In this document: piece by piece, positions 9,093 to 18,684 of the stretch | Numbering within the stretch: the first letter of the stretch is position 1 | Layout: every line of letters starts with the position of its first letter | Assembly: GCA_964531375.1 (NCBI GenBank) | Contig: CAZHDO010000001.1 | Span: 2,282-66,281, forward strand | Direction of reading: 5' to 3' | Source of the DNA: an uncultured Candidatus Saccharibacteria bacterium | GTDB taxonomy: Bacteria > Patescibacteriota > Minisyncoccia > Phycocordibacterales > UBA12445 | Length of the DNA: 64,000 bases | Notes under the pieces: generated by a model | Databases searched by the model: none | Seen by the model: the letters and a program-made list of their open reading frames with translations, nothing else | Told to the model about the DNA's origin: nothing | Program-made: the position numbers and the translations under genes

Positions 9093-10119
9093 TAAAATAA
9101 AAATCCTAGTTACAGGTTCTGCTGGTTTTATGGGTAGCCATCTTGTCGATGGCTTAGAGAAACTTGGACACGAAGTTTATGGAGTTGATGACCTTTCTGG
9201 CGGTTTTATGAGGAATGTTTCTAATAAGAAAAATTTTACAAAATTAGACCTTCGAGACAGGAAAAAGACCGCTAATTATATTGATAAATTAAAACCAGAG
9301 ATGATATTTCATCTTGCGGCCGATGCAACGGAGGGTAGAAGCCAGTTTACACCCTTTAGTGCCTTAGATAGAAACATCGGCGCATATATGAATCTTTTGG
9401 TTCCAGCAATAAAGAACGGTCTTAAAAAGATGGTTTTGACTAGTTCGATGAGTGTATACGGTGCACAACAAGTTCCTTTTGATGAAACCATGATCACACA
9501 ACCAGAAGACGTGTATGGATCTGCCAAGGCTTCAATGGAGATTTGTACAAGGGTTTTATCTAATGTTTATGGATATAGATATTTAATAATAAGGCCTCAT
9601 AATGTTTTTGGGCCAAGGCAAAACCTTTCTGATCCATATAGAAATGTTATTGGTATATTCTTGAATAGACTATTACACAATAAAAGTTTTTATATATATG
9701 GAGATGGTAAACAAAAAAGAGCTTTTTCTTATATTAATGACACGATACCACCAATGATTAGAGCTGCTTTTAATAAAAAATGCGAAGGTAAGACAATGAA
9801 TGTTGGAGGAGAAGAGGCAATTACCTTAAACCAACTTGCTAAAATAATTACGGAAGAATTTTTTGGGACAAAAGAAATTCCAAAGGAATTTATTCCGACA
9901 CATCTCCCGGGCAGACCACAAGAGGTTAAATATGCATACTCTAATCATGACCTAGCTTTGAAATTAATGGGTTTTAAACCAGAAACATCACTAAGGGATG
10001 GGTTGCGAGAGATGATAAAATGGGCCAAAGAAATAGGTCCGCAGGAGTTTGTTTATTTAAAAGAGCTTGATTTGGAAAATGATTTAGTTCCAAAGACATG
10101 GAAAGATAAACTTCTTTAA
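9082..10119 (+). CDS. NAD-dependent epimerase/dehydratase (extended SDR; nucleotide-sugar dehydratase or decarboxylase-like)
   Basis: ILVTGSAGFMGSHLVDGL is a Rossmann GxxGxxG motif. YGSAKASME is the catalytic YxxxK. The 345-aa length is typical of this family. Confidence 0.8.
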   Translation: MENNKIKILVTGSAGFMGSHLVDGLEKLGHEVYGVDDLSGGFMRNVSNKKNFTKLDLRDRKKTANYIDKLKPEMIFHLAADATEGRSQFTPFSALDRNIGAYMNLLVPAIKNGLKKMVLTSSMSVYGAQQVPFDETMITQPEDVYGSAKASMEICTRVLSNVYGYRYLIIRPHNVFGPRQNLSDPYRNVIGIFLNRLLHNKSFYIYGDGKQKRAFSYINDTIPPMIRAAFNKKCEGKTMNVGGEEAITLNQLAKIITEEFFGTKEIPKEFIPTHLPGRPQEVKYAYSNHDLALKLMGFKPETSLRDGLREMIKWAKEIGPQEFVYLKELDLENDLVPKTWKDKLL

Positions 10120-10129
10120 AATAATAATT

Positions 10130-10777
10130 ATGAGTGATTTTAAGGAACACTACGATAATAAAAAGGAGGTTTATGGAATAAGCAAGACTAGAAAGAAAAA
10201 AATCTTTCAGCTTCTTGGTGACGTAAAATATAAAAAGATATTGGACTTTGGGTGTGGCGGGGGTCATCTCGGAAAGGTTTTTATGGGAGACGGCAACTAT
10301 GTTTGTGGCGTTGATATATCCAGAAAATCAGTTGATGTTGCAAAAAAAGTAATAAACGAGGCTGTTTGTATTGATGCTCAACAAGAAAAGTTGCCTTACA
10401 AAGATGAGTTTTTTGATATAATAATAATGGGAGAGATAATAGAGCATCTACTTGAACCAGAAAGGGTCATGCTTGAGATTAAAAGAGTGTTGAATAAAGA
10501 TGGTTTTGTTATTATAACTACCCCCAATTTTTTAGTTTTTTCTAATAGGATTAAGATGTTGTTGGGTAAATTTGAATACACCGAGACCGGTTTTTTGGAC
10601 AGGGGACACGTTCATTTTTTCCAATTCGATTCATTTAGGAAAATGATTGATGGTTCTGGTCTTAAGGTTGATATGTATAATAACGTTTATCATGGAAAAA
10701 TACCTGAATTTATGGGTAGGTTGTGGCCGAATTTATTCGCTTTTCAAATTGTAGCTAAGGTGTCTAAGAAAAAATAA
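10130..10777 (+). CDS. Class I SAM-dependent methyltransferase
   Basis: ILDFGCGGGHLG is SAM-binding motif I. DIIIMGEIIEHLLEP is motif II/post-II. Confidence 0.75.
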   Translation: MSDFKEHYDNKKEVYGISKTRKKKIFQLLGDVKYKKILDFGCGGGHLGKVFMGDGNYVCGVDISRKSVDVAKKVINEAVCIDAQQEKLPYKDEFFDIIIMGEIIEHLLEPERVMLEIKRVLNKDGFVIITTPNFLVFSNRIKMLLGKFEYTETGFLDRGHVHFFQFDSFRKMIDGSGLKVDMYNNVYHGKIPEFMGRLWPNLFAFQIVAKVSKKK

Positions 10778-11757
10778 TGTTAAAAATAGCTGTTATAAAT
10801 CCTCCAAATGGAGATGGGTTGGCGCGAACTGTTTTTGACGGTCTTATTCAGTTAAAGAAAAAAGGAATTGTTAATTCTTTTAAGTATCCAAATAAATTTT
10901 CCTATCCCATAGAAGGTTTGGCAGAAAATTATACAGAAAATGTAAGTGAATTTATTAACTTTGCAAATGAATCAGATTTTATTTTTTTGATTTGGGGTAA
11001 GGGGTGTACAGATTTTTCTTTGGCAAATAAGATTAATTTGTGGGGTAAAACCATTTTTTTGGATGGTTCGGAGATTGGTAAAAACGGAAGGTATGATTTT
11101 GAAATTCAAAAAAAGATAGTAAAGGGAGAATATACCGGAAATGGTAAGATTGACATAGACATGCTTAAAAAATGTCCTCTTTATTTAAAAAGAGAAAAGC
11201 CTTATAAAGATGGGGTTTTGCCACTTCCTTTTGGTATTGAGGACGCTTATGTTAAAAATTTTTCCAGAGAAATAAAGAAAGATATAGATTTTTTCTGTGT
11301 CTTTGGTCAAGATGAGTACCCTTTAATGAGGAGGTATTCCAAAGAAATTCTTATCGAGTTTTGTGCCAAAAATAATTTTTCCTGTTTTACAGAGAAAGTG
11401 GAAAGGGACGAGTTTTATAAAAAATTAGCTAGGTCAAAAGTAGGGATCTCTGTTGGTGGTGGGGGTTATGATACATTAAGATTCTGGGAAATATTGGGTA
11501 ATAATTGCCTTCTTCTAACAGAAAAAATTGACATATACGAGCCTGATTTGAATAGATTAAAATATGAAAGAATCTGGCAATTTAATGATCTATTTGATTT
11601 TGAGCACCAATTAAACAAAATAGGGAAATATCTAAGAGGCGGATATTCTCAAGCAAGTTTGGAATTGGAGTATGAAAAAATAATATCTGAGCATTCCTCA
11701 GAATCGAGGGTTTTGGAAATAATAAACAAAGCTAAAGGGGTAGGATTGGTAAAATAG
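10777..11757 (+). CDS. Hypothetical protein of the glycan operon (possibly GT-B-like glycosyltransferase)
   Basis: 326 aa, translationally coupled to its neighbours. It contains a weak GT-B C-terminal-like segment (GISVGGGGYDTLRFWEILGNNCLLLTE). No firm motif was found. Confidence 0.3.
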   Translation: MLKIAVINPPNGDGLARTVFDGLIQLKKKGIVNSFKYPNKFSYPIEGLAENYTENVSEFINFANESDFIFLIWGKGCTDFSLANKINLWGKTIFLDGSEIGKNGRYDFEIQKKIVKGEYTGNGKIDIDMLKKCPLYLKREKPYKDGVLPLPFGIEDAYVKNFSREIKKDIDFFCVFGQDEYPLMRRYSKEILIEFCAKNNFSCFTEKVERDEFYKKLARSKVGISVGGGGYDTLRFWEILGNNCLLLTEKIDIYEPDLNRLKYERIWQFNDLFDFEHQLNKIGKYLRGGYSQASLELEYEKIISEHSSESRVLEIINKAKGVGLVK

Positions 11758-11760
11758 AAG

Positions 11761-12654
11761 ATGATAACAAAATGTAACATTTGCGATAATGTGTCATTAT
11801 TTCTTCTAAAAAAGGATGGTTTTTCTGTTTTTAAATGTCAAAAATGCGACCTCTCTTTTGTTTTTCCTCAACCGACTCCTGATATGCTTAGGGGCAGTGT
11901 TTATTCCGGGAAATATCAAGCTAACAAAATCGCAGAGCTTAAAAAAGTTGCATTAGATAGTAAAAAAATAAGGATTATTGATTATATTAAGGCAAATATT
12001 CAAAAAGGAAAAAAAATTCTCGATATTGGTTGTTCAAACGGCGAATTTATTTTTAAATTAAAAGAAATTGGATATGAATGTTTTGGTGTAGAGTTAAATA
12101 AAGGGACTTATGAGATTGCTAAAAATAACGGACTAAATGTGCAGAATTGTATTCTTGAAGAAGCGGGTTTTAAAGATTCTTTTTTTGATGTAATTTTTCT
12201 GGGTGACATAATAGAGCATGTTGCAGATCCTGATAATTTTATAAGAGAATGTCGCAGGATATTAAAAAGTGAGGGGATTATTATTATTTCAACTCCGAAT
12301 ATGGATTGTTTTTGGTCAAAAAGTACCTTGATACTATATAATATTTTTGGAATTCCTTGGTCATCTGTAACGCCTCCTTATCATTTGTATCAGTTTTCTG
12401 TGGATAATTTGGATTTATTGATGAAAAATTTTAATTTTATTGTAAAAGACGGTTGGTTCTCAGGGCCTCCAGTGTTAAAATATGAGTTAGGACAGACCCA
12501 TGTTTGGGGTAATTTTAAGAGAGATAAAAGTCTTGGAAATATAGTAAAATTATTATTAACCGCTATTCTTTATCCCGCATTATACTCTATTAATATATTA
12601 ACAGCTCCGCTAAATCAAAAGGATTTTGGAATGGTTCGTGTTTATAAAAAATGA
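11761..12654 (+). CDS. Class I SAM-dependent methyltransferase with an N-terminal Zn-ribbon
   Basis: CNICDN...CQKCDL is a zinc ribbon, then ILDIGCSNGEFI (motif I) and DVIFLGDIIEHVADP. Confidence 0.7.
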   Translation: MITKCNICDNVSLFLLKKDGFSVFKCQKCDLSFVFPQPTPDMLRGSVYSGKYQANKIAELKKVALDSKKIRIIDYIKANIQKGKKILDIGCSNGEFIFKLKEIGYECFGVELNKGTYEIAKNNGLNVQNCILEEAGFKDSFFDVIFLGDIIEHVADPDNFIRECRRILKSEGIIIISTPNMDCFWSKSTLILYNIFGIPWSSVTPPYHLYQFSVDNLDLLMKNFNFIVKDGWFSGPPVLKYELGQTHVWGNFKRDKSLGNIVKLLLTAILYPALYSINILTAPLNQKDFGMVRVYKK

Positions 12655-13265
12655 AAAACTGGGAAATATTTTTTAATGAAAAAATAAGAAAAATCTTTTT
12701 GGAAAAAAAAGAAATTATTGATATTGGTGGTGGTTTAAGGATAGATAAAAAAAAGAATAACCGATACGATAAGAGTAGGGAGTGGATTATTCCACTTTTG
12801 GATAGTGTGGATTACAAAATAATGGACCCTGTTTCTGATTATAATCCCGATATTGTCGGAGATATTCACAATATGCCATTCAAAGATAATTCTAAAGATG
12901 CTTTAATTTGCATAGCGGTTCTGGAGCATGTTGAGAATCCGATTAAAGCTTCGGCAGAGATTTTTAGGATTTTAAAAAAGGATGGTTATGCTTTTGTCTA
13001 TACTCCTTTTTTGTATTACTATCATGCAGAGAGGGGGTATTATAAAGATTATTGGAGGTTTACTGAAGATGTGTTAAGGATGATGTTTAAGGACTTTTCT
13101 GAAATAGAAATTTGCCCTGTTCGTGGCGCTTTGGGTACTTGGATAAGATTGAGTCCGTTAGGAAGATATCCTTTCGTGGAAAATATTTTTTATTACTTCG
13201 ATAAGGTTTTTGGAAAACTCAATTCAAAACAAGTTAGTGGATACAATATTTTTTTAAAGAAATGA
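12651..13265 (+). CDS. Class I SAM-dependent methyltransferase (Methyltransf_11-like)
   Basis: IIDIGGGLR followed by DALICIAVLEHVENP, with a 4-nt overlap with each neighbour. Confidence 0.6.
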   Translation: MKNWEIFFNEKIRKIFLEKKEIIDIGGGLRIDKKKNNRYDKSREWIIPLLDSVDYKIMDPVSDYNPDIVGDIHNMPFKDNSKDALICIAVLEHVENPIKASAEIFRILKKDGYAFVYTPFLYYYHAERGYYKDYWRFTEDVLRMMFKDFSEIEICPVRGALGTWIRLSPLGRYPFVENIFYYFDKVFGKLNSKQVSGYNIFLKK

Positions 13266-14377
13266 AATTATTTTATATTGCAAATGCTAGGATTCCGACA
13301 GAAAAAGCTCATGGTATTCAGATAATGAAAACATGCGAGGCTCTGTCGAAACAAGGAATAGAGGTTGAACTTATTGTTCCCAATAGGGATAATAATATAA
13401 ACGAGGACCCTTTTTATTATTATAAAATAGAGAGAAATTTTAATATAAAAAAAATATATTCTCCCGATTTAGTAAGATTCGGAAAGGCGGGGGTTCTTTT
13501 CCAATACTTGTTTTTTTCTTGGGTTTCTTTATTTTATTGCTTGAAGGGGAAAGTAGATTTTTTTTATTCTCGAGATGAATTGCCAATTTGGTTTTTGAGT
13601 TTATTTGGTAAAAAAGTTTTTTGGGAAAGTCATAATGGTAAGTGGAATTTCCTTGTTTCAAGTATAGTAAAAAGAGCCTCTGGAACAGTAACAATATCTC
13701 AGGGTATAAAAAATTTCTTTATTAACAAGGGGATTAAAGAGGATAAAATTTTTGTATCTCCAGATGCAGTAGATCTCAAAGACCATGTAGGAACAACAAA
13801 AGACGAAGCTAGAAAAAAAGTTGGCCTGCCTTCCGATAAAAAAATTATTCTATATACAGGGCATTTATATGGTTGGAAAGGAGTAAATACCCTCGCTGAA
13901 TCGGCAAAGTCTTTTGACGAAATGAATTTATTTGTCTTTGTTGGTGGCACAGAGGGTGACGTAAATTCATTTAAGCAAAAGTATTCAGACACAAAGAATA
14001 TTCTAGTTCTTGGACAAAAACCACATTCTGATATACCACTCTATCTGAGTTCCGCCGATGTTTTAGTTCTTCCAAATAGTGGCAAGGAGGATATTTCACG
14101 TCTTTATACCTCACCAATGAAGCTTTTTGAGTATATGGCTAGTGGTAGGCCCATAATTGCTTCAAATTTGCCATCTATAAGGGAGATATTGAATGAAGAT
14201 AATGCTGTATTTTTCGAATCAGATAACCCTGGCGACTTAAGCCGGTCTATTAAAAAAGTTTTGGGCGACAAGGAACTTGGTGATAGAATTTCAAAACAGT
14301 CGCTCTTAGATGTTAAGAAATATACTTGGGAAAATAGAGCAAAGAACATAATAAATTTTATAAATGCTAAAAGATAA
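13262..14377 (+). CDS. Glycosyltransferase family 1 (GT4-type)
   Basis: ILYTGHLYGWKGV...FVFVGG...EDISRLYTSPMKLFEYMASGRPIIASN is the classic GT4 EX7E-type C-terminal domain. Confidence 0.8.
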   Translation: MKLFYIANARIPTEKAHGIQIMKTCEALSKQGIEVELIVPNRDNNINEDPFYYYKIERNFNIKKIYSPDLVRFGKAGVLFQYLFFSWVSLFYCLKGKVDFFYSRDELPIWFLSLFGKKVFWESHNGKWNFLVSSIVKRASGTVTISQGIKNFFINKGIKEDKIFVSPDAVDLKDHVGTTKDEARKKVGLPSDKKIILYTGHLYGWKGVNTLAESAKSFDEMNLFVFVGGTEGDVNSFKQKYSDTKNILVLGQKPHSDIPLYLSSADVLVLPNSGKEDISRLYTSPMKLFEYMASGRPIIASNLPSIREILNEDNAVFFESDNPGDLSRSIKKVLGDKELGDRISKQSLLDVKKYTWENRAKNIINFINAKR

Positions 14378-15071
14378 AAATTTTTACAACAAGGAAAGTG
14401 TTTCTTACTCGTCGAAAAGGTACCCAGAAGTTACGTCTAGTTATATTCAGTTCTTTTTTAAGAAGAGGTTGGTTTTTGTTTTAAGAGAACTAAGCAAAAT
14501 TGTAGGAAATAAAAAAGATTTGGCTCTTTTGGAAATAGGTTGTGCTGATGGTGTGGTTCTTAGAAATATTTACAAAGAAAGTGTGTATAATTTTTCTGAA
14601 ATGATTGGAATAGACACCTCAGATGGAATGATAAAAGAGGCGGGGATAATAGATTCAGATAAAAATATAAAATATTATGTCAGGGGGTGTGAACCGCAAG
14701 GTAAAAAGTTTGATATTGTTATAGAGGTCGGTGTTGCTAATTACGCCAATATAGACGAAGAGTTAAAATACGCAAAAAATAATCTAAAACAAGGTGGTGT
14801 ATATATTCTTTCCTTGGCGGGAAGTGATTCCCTGCATGGGTATTTTTGGAAGGGAATTGGCTATAATAATTTTTTAAATTATTCTGAATACGAAAACAAG
14901 ATAGCTGAGTTTTTTAAAATAGAAAAGATAATTCCAGTTGGCTTTTATGTGCCTTTTATTTGGAAGTTGCCAGTTATGGCTAGATTAATTCAACCGATTG
15001 TCGAGTTTATTTTTGGACCAATACTTCCAAATTTATTCCACGAAAAAATTTATATACTAAAAATTAAGTAA
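14364..15071 (+). CDS. Class I SAM-dependent methyltransferase
   Basis: LLEIGCADGVVLRNI is motif I. It is the last gene of the plus-strand block. Confidence 0.6.
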   Translation: MLKDKNFYNKESVSYSSKRYPEVTSSYIQFFFKKRLVFVLRELSKIVGNKKDLALLEIGCADGVVLRNIYKESVYNFSEMIGIDTSDGMIKEAGIIDSDKNIKYYVRGCEPQGKKFDIVIEVGVANYANIDEELKYAKNNLKQGGVYILSLAGSDSLHGYFWKGIGYNNFLNYSEYENKIAEFFKIEKIIPVGFYVPFIWKLPVMARLIQPIVEFIFGPILPNLFHEKIYILKIK

Positions 15072-15144
15072 CCCTTCGTCGTTGCGCACCACAGGGGTAT
15101 TTCTTGTTTATTAATTCGTTACACTCATGAGTAAACAAAGTCAG

Positions 15145-15160
15145 TTTTAGACGAAGCAAT
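15145..15160. repeat. 16-bp direct repeat ttttagacgaagcaat, left copy, flanking the toxin-antitoxin cassette
   Basis: An identical 16-mer recurs at 15869-15884. The two copies bracket only the yafQ-dinJ pair. Confidence 0.6.
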
Positions 15161-15233
15161 CCAGGAATCTTAGAAGGTCTGAATTATTATAAGCTTTTGC
15201 TTTCGCGATGGTGTTTTTTTGTGTAACTCCAAA

Positions 15234-15497
15234 TTACTCATATAATTCTCCATGTGTACCAAGAAGCAAGAATAAAATAATATCTCTGTTTTTGTTTTCT
15301 CTGAATATTGCTCGGTAGTCACCTGTAATATTTATACTTCTACAGCCTTCGTATTCACCATGGAGGGTGTGATTGTTGAGTAGGGGGTGGAATTTATCAT
15401 TAATATATAAACTTACTTTTTCAAAAACCATTTTTCTTATAATCTTGTCACTTTTCTCAAGTTTTTTCAGGAATTTTTTAGAATAATCTATTCTCAT
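15234..15497 (-). CDS. yafQ: Type II toxin, YafQ/RelE-family mRNA interferase
   Basis: 87 aa. ...HTLHGEYEGCRSINITGDYRAIFRE...ILFLLLGTHGELY follows the YafQ pattern (H.L.G..G.R..H....LIY...F.RTGTH..LF). It sits 4 nt downstream of the antitoxin. Confidence 0.7.
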   Translation of the reverse strand: MRIDYSKKFLKKLEKSDKIIRKMVFEKVSLYINDKFHPLLNNHTLHGEYEGCRSINITGDYRAIFRENKNRDIILFLLLGTHGELYE

Positions 15498-15500
15498 AAA

Positions 15501-15785
15501 TTATTTTTCAGCTATTTTGTGTAAATAGTCCAGAGCGTCTTCTGTATTATTAAAAGAGACAACATCTCCGTTTTTTACTTGTTCCATTGCCTCGGCCATA
15601 GATTTCTTAAAGTACTCAGTATATTCGCCCTCTCTAATATCAGAAGTAATCTTTTTCTCCCTTGTAAAATTTCTAAGAAGCACATTTAAAACATCGCTCA
15701 ATTTAAGCCCCATTTCTTCGGCAATACTTTGAGCTTCTTTTTTAACTTTCTCTTCGGTTCTAAAATTTATTATTGTTGTAGCCAT
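15501..15785 (-). CDS. dinJ: Type II antitoxin, DinJ/RelB family (ribbon-helix-helix)
   Basis: MATTIINFRTEEKVKKEAQSIAEEMGLKLSDVLNVLLRNF aligns with E. coli DinJ (AFVRARIDEDLKNQAADVLAGMGLTISDLVRITL). The upstream promoter region holds direct repeats atacattgta x2, a candidate operator. Confidence 0.65.
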   Translation of the reverse strand: MATTIINFRTEEKVKKEAQSIAEEMGLKLSDVLNVLLRNFTREKKITSDIREGEYTEYFKKSMAEAMEQVKNGDVVSFNNTEDALDYLHKIAEK

Positions 15786-15868
15786 ATGTTTTAATTAATA
15801 CATTGTATTTATAGTGTATATACATTGTACACTAATTCAAAAAAATAACAAGTTTTGTCTTTGTGGGT

Positions 15869-15884
15869 TTTTAGACGAAGCAAT
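15869..15884. repeat. 16-bp direct repeat ttttagacgaagcaat, right copy
   Basis: Identical to 15145-15160. Confidence 0.6.
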
Positions 15885-15903
15885 TAAGGTTTAATCTATT
15901 TTT

Positions 15904-16818
15904 TTATATCCTCATCCAATTTTCTGGGATTAGATCCTTTGTGTTTGTTGTTGAGTTAAACCATTGCTGAGGGGCAATAACTATTTTGTTTTTATTTTCA
16001 TTAAGCCAGGCGCCCCACCAGGAAAATGAACTATTGGCGATTATATTGTGTCTGCACCTGCTCATGATTATCAGTTCTTCATAATCGGGAATATTTTTAT
16101 CTGATACGAAGTAGGTAGGGAAGTTAATTTTTAGATTATTTTTTGCCCATTCTATGTCATCAGAGAAAATAAAGAATTCGGGATTTTTAATTTTTTCAGA
16201 AATTATTTTCACGGCTCTTAGGTAGTAGCCCACATCACAGATACCATGAAATTGGTTTGTTTTTGTGTTACTTACATAATCGCCCCTGCGTATGTGTAGG
16301 GAGACGGAATTGCTTTTTTCTATTTTTTTTATCCATTCTTCTGTTTTTGGGGTTGGTTTGTCTTTGAGAGTAAATTCTTTTCTTATAATATTTTCAATGT
16401 CTTTAAAATATTTTTCTGTTTGCCAAACACCGCTTAAATAACAACCGTTTTTGATTTCGAGTATTTCTGGATGAAAAACAAAAGAAGGTTCAGTTATAAA
16501 AATTTTTTTGTTTAGAGGTTTAAGATTTTCCTTAAGGCGAAAAATTTTCCTTTTTATTTTTCCAAACAAACTCAAATCGCACATATTTGGTAATTCAATA
16601 TTCCTTTCGTCATTGTTGTTAATTTTTCTGAAATTGCAATTAAAATAACCTAAAGTAAAATCTCTTCTTGTGTCAGTTGTTTTATTGTTTTGGAAAAAAG
16701 AAGTATCCAAGACAAGCTCAATTTTGTTTTTTATTGCCAAATTCCTTCCAATCGCATATTGGAACATCTGATTTCCTAGCCCTCCGGATATTCGTGATAT
16801 TATAATTTTATTATTCAT
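15904..16818 (-). CDS. Alpha-1,2-fucosyltransferase (glycosyltransferase family 11)
   Basis: GGLGNQMFQYA is the N-terminal GT11 motif. SLHIRRGDY is the GT11 signature HxRRGDY. FFIFSDD is also present. Confidence 0.8.
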   Translation of the reverse strand: MNNKIIISRISGGLGNQMFQYAIGRNLAIKNKIELVLDTSFFQNNKTTDTRRDFTLGYFNCNFRKINNNDERNIELPNMCDLSLFGKIKRKIFRLKENLKPLNKKIFITEPSFVFHPEILEIKNGCYLSGVWQTEKYFKDIENIIRKEFTLKDKPTPKTEEWIKKIEKSNSVSLHIRRGDYVSNTKTNQFHGICDVGYYLRAVKIISEKIKNPEFFIFSDDIEWAKNNLKINFPTYFVSDKNIPDYEELIIMSRCRHNIIANSSFSWWGAWLNENKNKIVIAPQQWFNSTTNTKDLIPENWMRI

Positions 16819-16819
16819 C

Positions 16820-18052
16820 TTAATTCAATAATTTCATATATTCAGCCTCATATCTTTCTGATATTTTTTCCCATGTAAATTTATTCAACCACGCCTCGCG
16901 CCCATTATTTCCGAGCTCTTTTCTTTTTTTGGTATTTAAACAAAGCTCTTCAAATATTTTTATAGATTTATTTATATCGACTTTCGCATATTGTATATCA
17001 GGATTCCAAAGATTAAATCCAATCCTAATTAAAAACTTTTTAAGATATTTTTTAATTTTTTCTATATAATTTTCACCCAGTATAATATTTTGGTAAGTTG
17101 GCAATAAAATACCCCCATTTGACCACTCTATTATTTCTTTTGTGTTTCCGACTTCGCTTGTAAGAAACGGTATTCCAGCAGCCATGGCTTCGAACAGTAC
17201 AATGGGGGAACATTCTGTATTTGATGGAAAAAGGAAAATGTCTGATTCCTTATATACTGAAACTGTATCTTCTCTGTTAAGTTCCTTAATTAAGATATTT
17301 TTATTGTTTTTTTTAAATGAAACAGTGCTATTAAGTTTTTCGCTTTCTTCTTTGGTTTTTTTGGAGCAAAAGTTGTCTCCATTTCCAATTAGTAATAAGG
17401 TTGCGTTTTTAATATTAGCTTTAGAAAATATTTCTATTGCTTCGTAGTGGCCTTTTACTCCAGTAAATGAACCAACGTGTAATATTAATAAATTATTTTT
17501 GTTGATTTTTAATTTTTCTTTAATATTTAGTGTTTTTATGTCAAAAAACTCTTCCTTACTAGCACCATTTGGTATTATTGTTATTTTGCTCTCGGGTACA
17601 TTATTTATTCGAGCAAAATTAATATCTTGATAGTTATTTGATAGAAAAATGTTGAGGTCATATTGCGCCAGCCATGTTTTCATATTTTCAAAATACGTTT
17701 TATGAGTTTTTGACTGTAACGCATTAAAGCCAGTGGGAACAAATACTTTTTTTGCTTTAATTTTTTGTAAAATAGGAAGCATAAGGTCGGTCATTGGTTG
17801 TTGAGCTGCAAAGTTTGTGATTATGTCAAAATCAGAATCAATTAAATAATCTTGATATCTTTTTATTTCATTTTCTTTTGAAAAATCGAAAAGCTCTACG
17901 TTTATGTTACTGCTGTAGTTATCGGGCTTTCTACCAGAAGCGATTGTTATTTCATGACCTCTTTTTTTAAGATTTTCTGATATTTGCCTAACTACTTCGT
18001 ACATTCCACCAGCCAGGGAGGAGTATGATTTTACTGTGTGTAATATCTTCAT
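16820..18052 (-). CDS. Glycosyltransferase family 1 (GT4-type)
   Basis: LHVGSFTGVKG...LLLIGNG...IFLFPSNTECSPIVLFEAMAAGIPFLTSEVG is the GT4 C-terminal domain. Confidence 0.8.
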   Translation of the reverse strand: MKILHTVKSYSSLAGGMYEVVRQISENLKKRGHEITIASGRKPDNYSSNINVELFDFSKENEIKRYQDYLIDSDFDIITNFAAQQPMTDLMLPILQKIKAKKVFVPTGFNALQSKTHKTYFENMKTWLAQYDLNIFLSNNYQDINFARINNVPESKITIIPNGASKEEFFDIKTLNIKEKLKINKNNLLILHVGSFTGVKGHYEAIEIFSKANIKNATLLLIGNGDNFCSKKTKEESEKLNSTVSFKKNNKNILIKELNREDTVSVYKESDIFLFPSNTECSPIVLFEAMAAGIPFLTSEVGNTKEIIEWSNGGILLPTYQNIILGENYIEKIKKYLKKFLIRIGFNLWNPDIQYAKVDINKSIKIFEELCLNTKKRKELGNNGREAWLNKFTWEKISERYEAEYMKLLN

Positions 18053-18053
18053 C

Positions 18054-18674
18054 TTATTTTACTGTTACAATATTTAAAGATATGGGTTCTTTGAATGGTT
18101 CGTTTGCAAGAGAGGCGTCACTTATTCCGTGACTTTTGGTGAATTTTACTGGATCATATTCTGATATTTTTTTAAATCCAGCCTCCTCCAGTAAAAGGGT
18201 TAGCCAGTTTAAGTTGAATCCAGTTTTGTGAAAATCGTATTCTGAACTTTGTCCTCCATAAATTAAACCATTCCATGGGGCATTACCTCTTTTTTGAAAG
18301 TGGTCCCAGTTTTTATTATATATTTTAACTATCTTATCCATATCAGGAACAGAAATTCTAAGTTCACCACCTTCTTTGAGTAGTTTGTGACATAATTTTA
18401 AGATGACTCTTACCTCATTTTCTGAAAAATGCTCAAATATGTGCGAAGCATATATCTCCGATACACTTTCGTGTTTTATAAACAGAGGAAGGTTTTTTAG
18501 TTCGCACAAGAGGTCTGTTTCTCTCATAAAAAGAGAATCCACATTGATATAATTTTTCATCCTCACTCCACCCGCCCCTAGGTTTAATTTTAGATTGTCT
18601 TTGAATCTTAAAAAAAGTGAATTATAGATGACTCTTTTTACAGTTTTCAATCCAAGAATTATTTTTTCAAGCAT
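18054..18674 (-). CDS. SAM-dependent methyltransferase-like protein
   Basis: LNLGAGGVRMKNYINVD resembles a Gly-rich motif I. EVSEIYASHIFEHF is motif-II-like. Confidence 0.45.
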   Translation of the reverse strand: MLEKIILGLKTVKRVIYNSLFLRFKDNLKLNLGAGGVRMKNYINVDSLFMRETDLLCELKNLPLFIKHESVSEIYASHIFEHFSENEVRVILKLCHKLLKEGGELRISVPDMDKIVKIYNKNWDHFQKRGNAPWNGLIYGGQSSEYDFHKTGFNLNWLTLLLEEAGFKKISEYDPVKFTKSHGISDASLANEPFKEPISLNIVTVK

Positions 18675-18684
18675 AGTATTTATT

